From: Opitutales bacterium
GTDB lineage: Bacteria; Verrucomicrobiota; Verrucomicrobiia; Opitutales; UBA2987
Length of the DNA stretch: 64,000 nt
Direction of reading: 5' to 3'
Assembly (NCBI GenBank): GCA_021772535.1
Contig: JAJFLV010000114.1
Span: forward strand, 22-64,021
The translations under genes were made by a program, and so were the position numbers. How positions within the stretch are numbered: the stretch's first letter is position 1; every line of letters begins with the position of its first letter. Positions 44,584 through 54,903 of the stretch are shown piece by piece. A model generated the notes under the pieces. The model was not told where the DNA came from, made no database searches, and saw only the letters and a list, made by a program, of their open reading frames with translations.

Positions 44584-45098
44584 TTTTTTCTCTTTCTTCT
44601 CTCATTTTTTTCTATCCCGTTTACAACCGGTGTTGCTTGTTTCTGTTTATTGAGAACACCCTGGCCATAGCTCTCCCAAATCTCGGATCTGATCCCCCCA
44701 TGAATTTATCCAAGACAGAACAGTCCGGAATACCCCGTTTCAGGACCGCAAATGAAGAGTAGGGCCAGGGTGCAATCAAAAGATTTCTTTTTATCCGGAT
44801 TGAGTAGAAAACTGCCATGGAGATTATATTATAGGTAGTTTTTCGAAACTAAGAATATCGGGCTAATTTCGAAAACAATAACTGAACATTTTACTATAGT
44901 TACTTATCTCAGATCTGTCCTCGCATATTTTGCCTTTCTTTGGGCATGATTTGGCAACATCCTGAATCGCCCCTGTCAAGGAGCATCATCCCCTTCCTAT
45001 TTGAGCTCTTCAACCGTCTCCTATAGGAGTGATTTTGCTTGAATTTTCCAAATTGCAAAGACCTTTGTACATAAATTCCCCATCTTCGAAAAAACCGA

Positions 45099-45863
45099 TT
45101 ACTCGAAGAAGAAGCTTTGCACCGCTCTGACGGCAACTGGTTTACCATCCTTCAGGGGCGGTTCGAATTTCCAATTCACTACTGCAGTGAAGGCCGCATC
45201 AGCCAGGGCGTCATGAGGACTCATAAGAATTCCGGGTGCCCGAACCGTGCCTTTTTCATCGATGAAAATTTCAATTTTGACCAATCCTTTGGCTTCATTG
45301 GGTTCCAAACCGGCAGGTAAAACCGGCGATTCCTTTTCCAGACAAACTGGAATCCTGTCCAATTCTTTTAATTCAGGTATGAGATAGTGCGTGCCACCAG
45401 ATGAATCCGGGGTGACCATAGTCAGGATCATTTCGTCAATCCTTTTTTCTATAACCACACCCTCATTCCTGAAATTCACATCGACAATATGGCGGGATGG
45501 ATGAATCTGACCATCGACTATTGCCGGTTCGATTTGCCATAATTTCAAAGTTCGAAGGGTTTCTTCACCGAATAGAGGGTGAGATGCCTCGATCAGGACG
45601 AAATCATAATTCCGTCCGGTTATATCGACCAAGAAAATAACTTTGGCAAATCCCCTGTTATATTCACTCATGCGTAATATCAGAGGGAAATTTGGAGTTA
45701 CCTTGTTCCTGATTCTGACAGGACGATCTTTTAACTCAGTGTCCTCGGCGCCACTTTGAGCCCATACACCCCTCTGTGGCAATGCCGGGAAAACGAAAAA
45801 ACACAGTGTCATGCCCATCAATGAAGAACAGAAACTTGCTCTCAACTGGCTCATACTAATCAA
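45099..45863 (-). CDS. Exported protein with two TonB C-terminal-like domains
   Basis: 254 aa with a signal-like N-terminus. It has two segments resembling TonB_C: FAKVIFLVDITGRNYDFVLIEASHPLFGEETLRTLKLWQIEPA, and VKIEIFIDEKGTVRAP...AAFTAVVNWKFEPPLKDGKPV. Confidence 0.6.
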   Translation of the reverse strand: MISMSQLRASFCSSLMGMTLCFFVFPALPQRGVWAQSGAEDTELKDRPVRIRNKVTPNFPLILRMSEYNRGFAKVIFLVDITGRNYDFVLIEASHPLFGEETLRTLKLWQIEPAIVDGQIHPSRHIVDVNFRNEGVVIEKRIDEMILTMVTPDSSGGTHYLIPELKELDRIPVCLEKESPVLPAGLEPNEAKGLVKIEIFIDEKGTVRAPGILMSPHDALADAAFTAVVNWKFEPPLKDGKPVAVRAVQSFFFE

Positions 45864-46034
45864 CCACCCAATTTCTGAATATACTTTCGAATAGAGTGCG
45901 GATAGGCCCTATTCCCTTGATTAAGGATTCCCCTATTAACCTAATATATCACATATTGGGTATCCGTCTCCATTGGTGCGAATATTTTGGTAAAATTCGC
46001 CAAGCGGTTGAAAAATTTTTCGATATTGCCCGAT

Positions 46035-47354
46035 CTATCCTCGAGGTTTGATGTTTATTGTGAAACACAATAAAACTATCGCCCCTATAGCTGCCATGAG
46101 AATGAGGTTGAAGGACGCATCCCAGCCATAATCTTGTGCGACGGTTCCAAGTACTTTCCCCTGAACAGTGCGGCCGATGTAACCCCATAGTCCGATGAAC
46201 CCCGCCGCAGTGCCAACAGCTTTCTTTGAGGTTAAATCAAGTCCTGATACCGCCAGCAGCATCACCGGCGGATAGACAAAAAAACCGATCACCCCCAGCA
46301 GTGTCATGTCCAGCCAAAGCATACCTGGAGGGTTCATTTTTATTCCCAGAAAAGCAAAAAATATGGGGATCATGCACATCAGGCTGACAAGCCCACGACG
46401 GCCACCCAAACGGTCTGATACCCAACCCATCAAGAGTGTGCTTGGAATGCCCCCCCATTCCAAGATCAGAATGCTCCACCCGCCGTCTTCCAGTTGGGCG
46501 CCTTTGACTTCCTTTAGGTAGGTCGGCCCCCAATCAAGCATGCTGTAGCGAGTGATATAAACAAAAAAATTGGCCAATGCGACGATCCAAAGGTATTTGT
46601 TTTTGAAGATGTAATTTACAAATAAATCCCGCGTGTCCAGTTCAGCTTCATGATCTGCAGAATGGTTTTGGGGATAGTCATTGCGGTATTGCTCAATAGG
46701 CGGCAGACCTACCGATTGCGGCGTATCGCGCAACCGCAACAGCAGGTAGAGAGCGCAAATCAGGGCAAGAACTCCCGGCACATAAAACGCGAATCTCCAG
46801 CCCATCCATCCGGCGCTATAAGCGGCAATTACACCAGCCAGTCCGCCACCAACATTGGTTGCGACATTCCAGATGGCAAATTTCATGCCGCGCTCATTCT
46901 CGCTGTACCAATGACCGATGGATCGACCGCAGGGAGGCCAGCCCATTCCCTGAAATAAACCATTCATGGCCCATAACAACAGGTGCAGATGGTAATTTTG
47001 AACACTGCCGAAAGAAAAATTGACCAGGGCGGTGAGAATCAATCCGGTGGGCATAAAAAGGCGCGGGTTGCTCCGGTCTGAAACCGAGCCCATTATAAAT
47101 TTTGCCATACCGTAGGCAATTGCCGTGACGGCCAGAAAATCCCCTATCTGACTCTTGGTGTAACCAACCGCCTCGCCTATTTCCATCGAAACCGGCGCCA
47201 AATTATTACGAACCAGATAGAATACGGCATATCCGATAAAAGTGGATTCCATAATTTGCCATCGAAGCCGCCGATATGTTTGCGGAATCTCATCAGATGG
47301 AAGACGCTCTATCTCAGGGGCGGGCTTGTAAAATTTAAAAAAAGATTTCAGCAT
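46035..47354 (-). CDS. glpT: Glycerol-3-phosphate / organophosphate:phosphate antiporter (MFS)
   Basis: It contains YRRLRWQIMESTFIGYAVFYLVRNNL, a typical GlpT/UhpC N-terminus, and about 12 transmembrane helices. The start was set at MLKSFF (47354), although the ORF is open to 47531. Confidence 0.8.
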   Translation of the reverse strand: MLKSFFKFYKPAPEIERLPSDEIPQTYRRLRWQIMESTFIGYAVFYLVRNNLAPVSMEIGEAVGYTKSQIGDFLAVTAIAYGMAKFIMGSVSDRSNPRLFMPTGLILTALVNFSFGSVQNYHLHLLLWAMNGLFQGMGWPPCGRSIGHWYSENERGMKFAIWNVATNVGGGLAGVIAAYSAGWMGWRFAFYVPGVLALICALYLLLRLRDTPQSVGLPPIEQYRNDYPQNHSADHEAELDTRDLFVNYIFKNKYLWIVALANFFVYITRYSMLDWGPTYLKEVKGAQLEDGGWSILILEWGGIPSTLLMGWVSDRLGGRRGLVSLMCMIPIFFAFLGIKMNPPGMLWLDMTLLGVIGFFVYPPVMLLAVSGLDLTSKKAVGTAAGFIGLWGYIGRTVQGKVLGTVAQDYGWDASFNLILMAAIGAIVLLCFTINIKPRG

Positions 47355-47674
47355 AACGTCTTTGATATTCTGAAAATTATCTGGAATCGATATTAAAAAT
47401 AGTCGTCGGCAAATTTTAAATCCCGCTGGTACTTGCCTTAGAGGGCGTCTAAAAAATGGAAATGTGCGATGGTGTGTGGCGGAATCGAAGCAGCGCAAGG
47501 CGGTTTCGCGCGTAGCGGGCTGCAAGCCCAAACATCGATTGATGCGCCTTGCTGAATGTCACAAATCATCTCTGCCATCGTCATTTCGACTTTTTAGACA
47601 CCCTCTAAGTGCCTACTCTGTTTTGGGGCGCAATATTGCACATGTCCAGTGTTACCAGAGAATTTGCCAAGAAT

Positions 47675-48592
47675 TCAAGAACGAGAATTTTCGTCACTAC
47701 TATTCCCGGCATGCTTTGCCAAGACAAGCATACTGCCCAATTCGCCGGGATCGGCCACCACGATATCGGGTGATGGTTGAGCTGAATCTGCCTGCTTACG
47801 GGTAGTTTCACCGCATAGGACCAAAATTGAGGTAACCCCATCCGCACGAGCCATCGCCATGTCCGTGTAAAGTCGGTCTCCAACCATAGCAATTTGGGGT
47901 TTTTTCAATCCATGCTTTTTCCGAATTACTTCCAGCATTTGAGGACTTGGTTTGCCCAGAATGGCGTCAGGTTCGCGCCCCGTAGCTGCTTTCAGGCAAC
48001 TGATGATCGATCCGCAATCGATAAGAACCGTAGGTTGATCCGTAGGACAAACGTAATCTGGATGAGTAGCAAAATATTTCTTGCCGTTTTTGATCCAATA
48101 AGCAGCGCGACAAAGCCTTTCATAGGTTAGAGACATGTCGAAACCGACAATGACCGCATCGGGTTCGTCCTCCGCCCGGCTTTCGCACATCTCATACCCC
48201 GCAGCGATGAATTCCTCTTGCAAGCCAGGTGTTCCAAGGACGAAAAGCCGCTTCACCTCGGGGTGCGATTCTTTAAGGTAGCGCAGGGTCGCTTGAGTTG
48301 AAACCAGTATCTGCTCTTTGCTTATTTCAATCCCCATTCGGTCCAGTCGGGCGCAATGTTCCCGCCTGCTCCTCGACGAGTTGTTGGTGATGATTGTAAA
48401 GGTCATCCCAAGACCGCTGAGAATCTCCAGGAAGCGTTTTGTGGAAGGGAAAAGGTTTTCATCGATGGCTAGAGTCCCATCCACATCAAGAACGAGATGA
48501 CGGAGAGGTTGCAGAAGATTACGAGTCCGGTCCGCTAAGACCGATCCCCCCGTCACTTCTCTACTGAGGCTATTTGGCAGTTGAATACTCAC
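47675..48592 (-). CDS. HAD-superfamily hydrolase, subfamily IIA (NagD-like phosphatase)
   Basis: 305 aa. It contains LVLDVDGTL (motif I), ITNNSSRS (motif II) and MVGDRLYTDM (motif IV). Confidence 0.8.
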   Translation of the reverse strand: MSIQLPNSLSREVTGGSVLADRTRNLLQPLRHLVLDVDGTLAIDENLFPSTKRFLEILSGLGMTFTIITNNSSRSRREHCARLDRMGIEISKEQILVSTQATLRYLKESHPEVKRLFVLGTPGLQEEFIAAGYEMCESRAEDEPDAVIVGFDMSLTYERLCRAAYWIKNGKKYFATHPDYVCPTDQPTVLIDCGSIISCLKAATGREPDAILGKPSPQMLEVIRKKHGLKKPQIAMVGDRLYTDMAMARADGVTSILVLCGETTRKQADSAQPSPDIVVADPGELGSMLVLAKHAGNSSDENSRS

Positions 48593-48782
48593 TCTCTAAA
48601 ATGCCGGGAAAAAGGGGATTGCCGCCCCGTCATGAAAAAATCAAACGCAACCAGCAATCGCGTCGTTGGGTTATCTTCAAGAAGCCTATTCAATAAGGGA
48701 AACTTCCACATTAAGACCGAAACGCTATTTTCGGAAACCTCGATGTCAAGATTGACCGTTTTATTTTTCCGGCTCCATTCCC

Positions 48783-49658
48783 TCAATTGTTCATTCCTTT
48801 CCCGACCGCCGCTCGAACCTCGGCCTGAACTGCCATAAGAATCTCCGGCTGGTCGGTATAGATGCGATCAATGCCGGCGTTTAACAATCGCAGCATTTCC
48901 TCACGATCATTGACTGTCCAGGCACCCGCTTCGAGCCCGCCGGCATGAATTTTCTTCACGTCTTCTGCGGTTACATTTCTGTGGTTCATGATGATGCTTT
49001 CAAATCCATGCTCGAGGGCACGGGAAACATGGAGATTCGTGTCCTTGCCATCGGTGTCATAAAATACCACCAATTCAGGTGCCAGTTCCTTGACCCGCCG
49101 AACGCGTGAAAAAGAACCCTCGTTGAATCCGATCCAAGGTCCCGCTTTCATCTCCCGAATCAATGTAATGGCCTCATCGACGATATCCATTTTTGGTTGA
49201 ATTGATAGCCGGGTATGCTGCTGGGTCATAGTCAGGCTAATCACTTCTTCAAGGAGGGGAATTTCCCCTTTCGGACACTCAGCCAGAGTTTTTCCATGCT
49301 TTTGGCGATATTCGGCAGCAACATCCACCTGGAGAAGTTCTTCATAAGTTGAATCGGCTACGTTAAGGTTCCGGTCACCCATGCGACCGGTATCGGCATC
49401 GTGAATGACAACGATTTTCCCATCCTTTGTTTTGAAAATATCGCATTCCATCCAATCGGCACCTACGGCAAACGCGGAGGCAAAAGCCGGGAGCGTGTTT
49501 TCAGGGAAAGAACCGGAGTTTCCCCTGTGGGCCGTAACACCGTTGTGGAGAAAGCCCGTTTTTTCGACCTTATTGCTTGCAGCACCCTGGATGAAGGCCG
49601 CGAGACTGCAAAAAGAAAGAGCGCAAACAGTAAGCCAATGCCCGATCGTCCGATTCAT
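48783..49658 (-). CDS. glpQ: Glycerophosphodiester phosphodiesterase (exported)
   Basis: It contains TAHRGNSGSFPENTLPAF and ECDIFKTKDGKIVVIHD. The start was set at the signal peptide MNRTIGHWLTVCAL (49658), although the ORF is open to 49748. Confidence 0.85.
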   Translation of the reverse strand: MNRTIGHWLTVCALSFCSLAAFIQGAASNKVEKTGFLHNGVTAHRGNSGSFPENTLPAFASAFAVGADWMECDIFKTKDGKIVVIHDADTGRMGDRNLNVADSTYEELLQVDVAAEYRQKHGKTLAECPKGEIPLLEEVISLTMTQQHTRLSIQPKMDIVDEAITLIREMKAGPWIGFNEGSFSRVRRVKELAPELVVFYDTDGKDTNLHVSRALEHGFESIIMNHRNVTAEDVKKIHAGGLEAGAWTVNDREEMLRLLNAGIDRIYTDQPEILMAVQAEVRAAVGKGMNN

Positions 49659-49850
49659 TAGGGGAAGTTTACATTTTACCTCACATTCGATTAAACCTAT
49701 GGGCTTGCTCAAACGTGATTTCATCGACATTAGTGTTCTCAATCTCATCCCTCATTCATAATATATATAATGCGTCTCCGGATTCGGGCCACATAGCCTT
49801 GGAATGAAAAAACATAACATGATTCCTTTGAAAGGAGAGGAAATAATCTC

Positions 49851-50600
49851 ATGTCACCTTATTTAGCAGAGTTTATCGGAACATTGATTTTAATTCTTTT
49901 GGGAGACGGTGCCGTTGCCACCGTTCTTTTGAAAAAATCCAAGGGCGAGGGTTCCGGCTGGATCGTCATCACTACGGGGTGGGGTCTGGCAGTTGCCATT
50001 GCTGTTTATTCGGTTGGCCGAATCAGCGGCGCTCACATTAACCCGGCGGTAACTGTGGGGTTGGCCTCAATCGGGGCCTTTCCCTGGTGCCAGGTCGCCG
50101 GTTATGTGGCAGCGCAGGTAGCGGGCGCCTTGACCGGATCCATCCTGGTTTGGCTGGCCTACCTCCCCCATTGGAAAGAAACAGAAGGGGCAGCCGAAAA
50201 ATTAAGCGTATTCTGCACCGGGCCTGCCATCCGCAGCTACCCATCCAATTTGATTACCGAGATTATTGGAACCGCCATGCTGGTATTTGGTGTTCTTGCC
50301 ATTGCCGCCAACGCTCAGGAATTGGCCAACGCCGGTGATCTTGATCTCTCTGTGGTCTTCAGCACAGGGCTTCAACCTCTGCTTGTCGGATTTCTCGTTT
50401 GGGCAATCGGTATCTCACTGGGAGGCTCAACCGGTTATGCCATCAATCCCGCCAGGGATCTCGGGCCAAGAATCGCCCACGCACTTTTGCCCATAGCAGG
50501 CAAAGGAAAATCCGATTGGAGCTACAGTTGGGTTCCAGTAGTCGGTCCCATCATTGGGGGAGTGGCCGGAGCTTGGCTGTTTGTCGCCGTCGGGCTGTAG
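49851..50600 (+). CDS. glpF: Aquaglyceroporin / glycerol uptake facilitator
   Basis: 249 aa. It has two NPA boxes (HINPAVTVG and AINPARDLGPR) and six hydrophobic helices. Confidence 0.88.
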   Translation: MSPYLAEFIGTLILILLGDGAVATVLLKKSKGEGSGWIVITTGWGLAVAIAVYSVGRISGAHINPAVTVGLASIGAFPWCQVAGYVAAQVAGALTGSILVWLAYLPHWKETEGAAEKLSVFCTGPAIRSYPSNLITEIIGTAMLVFGVLAIAANAQELANAGDLDLSVVFSTGLQPLLVGFLVWAIGISLGGSTGYAINPARDLGPRIAHALLPIAGKGKSDWSYSWVPVVGPIIGGVAGAWLFVAVGL

Positions 50601-50890
50601 TAAAACAGGCTGGATTGATCCAGAATTCCTTTAATTGTCCAAACTGTTGTGTAGTCTCAGCGACGAGTGAAATCGTCACTAAAAGTGCATCTGATCTCTA
50701 CTTTGCATTTGACCTTCAACATTGTTGATTTTCCTTTATGTTAGTGCAAATATTAAAAATGAGAAGAAGGGGCAAAAACCAGCGAGCGCTTATCGGTTAA
50801 TTCTAAACGTCAAATATTTTTGCCGTTAAGAAGCGATCTCTCGCAATCCCTTTGCCCGCCATCTTTATCCAGATAAGGACAAGGGAAATC

Positions 50891-51703
50891 ATGTTGTTCA
50901 GAACCGCATCATTAACGCTAATTTCCATACTTCTATCAATGGTAATTGTGCAAGGAAAACAATGCCTTATCATTGCCCATCGGGGCGCCTCCTATGATGC
51001 GCCTGAAAATACGCTGGCATCCGTTAACCTGGCCTGGGAGAAAGAGGCTCCTGCAGTTGAATTCGATATCCACCTGTCGAAAGACGGGCAGATTGTCGTC
51101 CTCCATGATTTCAATACCCTCAAACTTTATGGGCGCGACCAGGAAGTGAAAGATCAGACCGTCGAAGAGCTGCTGCAACTTGATGCCGGATTGCATAAAG
51201 GCGAACAGTGGAAGGGCGAAAAAATTCCGCTCCTGGATCAAGTGTTGGCTACGGTACCACAAGACCGAAAACTTGTAATCGAAATAAAAGTAGGTCCCGA
51301 AATAATTCCTGAGTTGGAAAAGGCCTTTGCCATATCTGGATTGGGCCCAGAGCAGATTGTCATAATCAGTTTCAACTGGGATTCTGTGGCCGCCGCCAAG
51401 AAGACCTTTCCCCACTATAAAGTTTACGCATTATCCTCCTTCAAGAAAAACAAGGAAACCGGTATCTGGAAACCTTCGATCGAAGAACTCATAGATCGGG
51501 CGAAAAAGGTGGGAGCCGACGGCATCAGCGTAAAAGCCGTTGATGCCTTTGATGAAAACTCCATCGCCGAAGTTCACCGAAACGGGTTGGAGTTTTACGT
51601 ATGGACTGTGGATGATCCCGATCTGGCACGCAAGCTAAAGACTGCCGGGGTGGACGGCATCACTACCAATCGGCCTCAATGGTTGGCAGCGCTAATTCAA
51701 TAA
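50891..51703 (+). CDS. Glycerophosphodiester phosphodiesterase, second paralogue (exported)
   Basis: It contains IAHRGASYDAPENTLAS and EFDIHLSKDGQIVVLHD. The start was set at ATG 50891, ahead of the signal peptide. Confidence 0.85.
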   Translation: MLFRTASLTLISILLSMVIVQGKQCLIIAHRGASYDAPENTLASVNLAWEKEAPAVEFDIHLSKDGQIVVLHDFNTLKLYGRDQEVKDQTVEELLQLDAGLHKGEQWKGEKIPLLDQVLATVPQDRKLVIEIKVGPEIIPELEKAFAISGLGPEQIVIISFNWDSVAAAKKTFPHYKVYALSSFKKNKETGIWKPSIEELIDRAKKVGADGISVKAVDAFDENSIAEVHRNGLEFYVWTVDDPDLARKLKTAGVDGITTNRPQWLAALIQ

Positions 51704-51724
51704 GTAACACCTTTGCTTCTCGAA

Positions 51725-53335
51725 ATGTCTCCAAGAGAAGACAACCTCAGTAAGCTGGAGGAAAAAGTTTTTGACGTGGTCATCGTCGGAGCCGGGATTA
51801 ATGGGGCCGTTTGCAGTGCTGCCCTCAGCGCTCAGGGAATCAATGTCTGTCTCATCGATCAGGGCGATTTTGGAGGCTTGACCAGTCAGGAGAGCTCCAA
51901 CCTCGTTTGGGGTGGAATTAAATATATGGAGAATTTCGAATTCGGCTTGGTCCGCAAGCTATGTTTGGCGCGTAATCGCCTGTTAGGGGCCTATCCCAAT
52001 AAAATTCGGGAAATCAGGTTTTTAACTACCATTGAGAAGGGATTTCGCTTCCCGCCCTGGATTTTATATTTGGGAGCGTGGCTCTACTGGTTAATTGGAA
52101 ACGGGTTTACCAGACCGCCTATACTCTTGGGCAAAAGGCAAATCAAAAACCGGGAGCACAACATCAGGGTTAGCAATGTTGCCGGAGGTTTTGAATATTC
52201 CGATGCCTATCTTCCCGAAGGTGATGCTCGTTTTGTTTTTGAATTCATTAGGAAGGCTCGAAGCAATGGATGCGTCACCATCAATTACCTCGAGTCTCTC
52301 GGGTCGCAACGAAAGGGTGATTTGTGGTCAACCCAGGTGCGCGATGTAATAACCGGCCAGAAGAACCTCATACAGTCACGCATACTTATCAATGCTTGTG
52401 GACCACTGGCGGATGATCATAACAAACGTTCCGGAATTGTAACCCGCCATCACCATCTTTTCTCCAAAGGCATACATCTCATCATAAATCGAATCACTGA
52501 GCATAACCGGGTTCTGGCTTTTTTCGCCAGTGACGGACGGCTTTTTTTTGCCATTCCACTGGGTTCCAAATCCTGTGTCGGAACCACCGATACACGCATG
52601 GATTCTCTGCCTCCTGAGGTAACTGCGGAGGACCGTCGTTTTGTCCTCGACAACATTAATGAACGGCTCACCTTGGATCCTCAACTGACCGAGGCAGACA
52701 TTATCAGCGAGCGGTGTGGGGTCCGTCCTTTGGTTGTGGACCCGGATTCGAAGTCCAAAGACAAGGGAGACTGGTCCTCTCTTTCACGCAAACATGCCAT
52801 AGAAATTGATCCGAAAAACGGCCATCTTAGTATATTTGGCGGTAAACTGACAGACTGTTTGAACGTCGGCGATGAGATCGTTAAAGCGGTCTCCGAATTG
52901 GGGATTGAACTGCCAAATCACGATAAAAGGTGGTTTGGAGAGCCGACTGCTGAAGAATATCAGAAGTTTATGGAGAGAGCCACCGCTCTTCAAATTGATA
53001 ACCTTACCCCGACTGATTTCCCTGAACCTTTGAGCCAACGCCTGTGGCGCCGTTACGGAAAAACTGCTTACCGGATGATAGAAGAAATTGACCGAAACAA
53101 GTCGATGGCGGAAGTCCTCATTGAAGGAACCGGATACGTTCATTGCGAACTCCACCACGCAGCCAGTGAAGAGATGATCGTCAAGCTGGAGGATCTTCTT
53201 CGGCGGCGGACAAACATCGCGCAAACCATCAGAAAAGAATCGCTCCAAAAAGATCGGGGAGTAATGGAGCTGTGTAAGGTATTATTCAACAGCAAGGCGG
53301 ATGACGAATTCAAAGAATATTTCAATTCGCAATGA
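51725..53335 (+). CDS. glpD: FAD-dependent glycerol-3-phosphate dehydrogenase
   Basis: About 536 aa. It has the FAD motif DVVIVGAGINGA, and its length and context fit GlpD. The start could instead be TTG at 51713. Confidence 0.85.
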   Translation: MSPREDNLSKLEEKVFDVVIVGAGINGAVCSAALSAQGINVCLIDQGDFGGLTSQESSNLVWGGIKYMENFEFGLVRKLCLARNRLLGAYPNKIREIRFLTTIEKGFRFPPWILYLGAWLYWLIGNGFTRPPILLGKRQIKNREHNIRVSNVAGGFEYSDAYLPEGDARFVFEFIRKARSNGCVTINYLESLGSQRKGDLWSTQVRDVITGQKNLIQSRILINACGPLADDHNKRSGIVTRHHHLFSKGIHLIINRITEHNRVLAFFASDGRLFFAIPLGSKSCVGTTDTRMDSLPPEVTAEDRRFVLDNINERLTLDPQLTEADIISERCGVRPLVVDPDSKSKDKGDWSSLSRKHAIEIDPKNGHLSIFGGKLTDCLNVGDEIVKAVSELGIELPNHDKRWFGEPTAEEYQKFMERATALQIDNLTPTDFPEPLSQRLWRRYGKTAYRMIEEIDRNKSMAEVLIEGTGYVHCELHHAASEEMIVKLEDLLRRRTNIAQTIRKESLQKDRGVMELCKVLFNSKADDEFKEYFNSQ

Positions 53336-53378
53336 GGTAATGTTCGTAAAATTATAAAAATTTTGATTGGATCGGCTG

Positions 53379-54125
53379 ATGGAAGTTCTGGATAAACTTG
53401 AGGCTTTGGGCATGAGTTCCAAAAAATCAACTATTTATCTGACCCTGCTTCAGTCGGGAAGCTGCACTGTGTCCGAAATAGCGGCTCTATCGGGAATTAA
53501 ACGAACCACCGCTCAATCGATACTGGAGCCCCTTTTGGCGGAAAAACTGGTCTCGGAAAGCCGTCGTGGACGCTGGAAGGTTTATTCCGCCAACAAGCCC
53601 GAGATAATGTTATCCGGCCTGAAAAGTAAAGAACATCTGATCAAGGAAATACTGCCCGAACTCAATGCTCTTTACAAGGTAACAGGCAGCAAACCGGTAA
53701 TTCAATATTTCGACGGGATCGAAGGCGCCAGGTTTGCCCAAAGGCGACTTTTGGAAAGCAAGGAAAGGGCATATTACTATTATGCTTCCGTCCGCGAATT
53801 TTCCGTTATTCTGGGCAACACTTTCATGAAAGAATTCCTGGAGGAGAGAAAAAAAAGAAAAATTTGGTCCAATGGCATTCGCAATATCGAAGATTATACC
53901 GTTTTGCCTGAGTATCTCAGAGCCAGTGAGGAAAATTTACGGCGGATACGATATTTCCCCAACACCATAAACACAGAAATTCCTTCGATCAATCTAACCG
54001 ACGATATAATTGTTATAACCTCGTCAGTGGCTGAGGCTTACGGGTTGATTATTGAAAGTCCAACTTTGACCTCGCTGATGAAATCCATCTGGAAAACGGT
54101 TTGGGATATTTCTGTTGAAAAATAA
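53379..54125 (+). CDS. TrmB-family transcriptional regulator
   Basis: The N-terminal winged HTH is LEALGMSSKKSTIYLTLLQSGSCTVSEIAALSGIKRTTAQSIL, typical of TrmB-type sugar regulators. The start could instead be TTG at 53367. Confidence 0.65.
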   Translation: MEVLDKLEALGMSSKKSTIYLTLLQSGSCTVSEIAALSGIKRTTAQSILEPLLAEKLVSESRRGRWKVYSANKPEIMLSGLKSKEHLIKEILPELNALYKVTGSKPVIQYFDGIEGARFAQRRLLESKERAYYYYASVREFSVILGNTFMKEFLEERKKRKIWSNGIRNIEDYTVLPEYLRASEENLRRIRYFPNTINTEIPSINLTDDIIVITSSVAEAYGLIIESPTLTSLMKSIWKTVWDISVEK

Positions 54126-54903
54126 AGCCTCTTTTTTTTGTTTTTTGCCAATCCAAACAAACGATGGCAAAATATATTGGGGACAGCATGTTTTCTCGAC
54201 CAATGAGTTTCGATGAGGATATTAACTGCCCGTTTGAAGGTGATATTTTTTCTATAAAAACCTAAAACAGTTTGTCTATTTATTTTCACAATTCATTAAC
54301 AATCAAGATTTTATAATATAAGTTCTCATTCATCTTCGGTTACCTAAGGGATAACTTTTCGGGCAAATATCAGAATATGTTTCAGGTTGTGAAAAAGGCT
54401 GCTATTCAAATTGCTTTTTGCTCCAATCAAAGTGTTTTTTGTAGCGGCGAAAATATTTGTCACTAACTTTTGAGAAAGCTCACTTATAATGGTTGACTCG
54501 TAAGTTATTAAGGTTTCCTCTTTTTGTGTAGTCTATGGCCTTAAAACCTCCAATTTCGACCAACCTGAGGAATGAACACTTTCCTTTGTAAGATTCCCCG
54601 AACTGCCTTCGAGAAATATCTATTTTAAAATTTATAAGCGTGTTTTTTATTTGGAGTGCCTGGACCAGAAACCTTTTCTAAATAAGCGGTTGCCAATGTT
54701 GTAAAAAGTAAGTAATTTAATCAATCCCGTCAAAAGTTAAAATTGAATGGAACGAACCTTTTATGGAAAAAAATAAATTTCCTGCCAATGTATCCGCTAC
54801 CGAGCCAAAAACCTCTCTTCAATTTGATTTTGATTCAAGTTCTTTGCCTACGTGATTACCGACATCTAATAACCCAACGCTAACAATTCGCCCTCTTCAA
54901 ACG

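Noticed and set aside
44621-45148. Small ORFs (65 and 79 aa) in the spacer between the redox operon and the TonB-C-like gene.
   Set aside because: They have no motifs, odd composition and overlap a probable promoter region, so I treated them as non-coding.
48581-48838. 85-aa plus-strand and 65-aa minus-strand ORFs in the gap between the HAD phosphatase and glpQ.
   Set aside because: They overlap each other and the end of glpQ and have no motifs. This is likely intergenic DNA with the HAD promoter.
54440-54500. Possible Pho-box-like or sigma-70 promoter (TTGTCAC...TATAAT) in the long leader upstream of the receptor.
   Set aside because: The spacings do not fit either a 17-bp -35/-10 promoter or the 11-bp periodic Pho box, and the site is about 400 bp from the start codon.
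54763-54855. 30-codon ATG ORF (MEKNKFPANVSATEPKTSLQFDFDSSSLPT) just upstream of the TonB-dependent receptor; possible leader peptide.
   Set aside because: I could identify no ribosome-binding site, attenuator structure or conservation, and it is too short to support from sequence alone.
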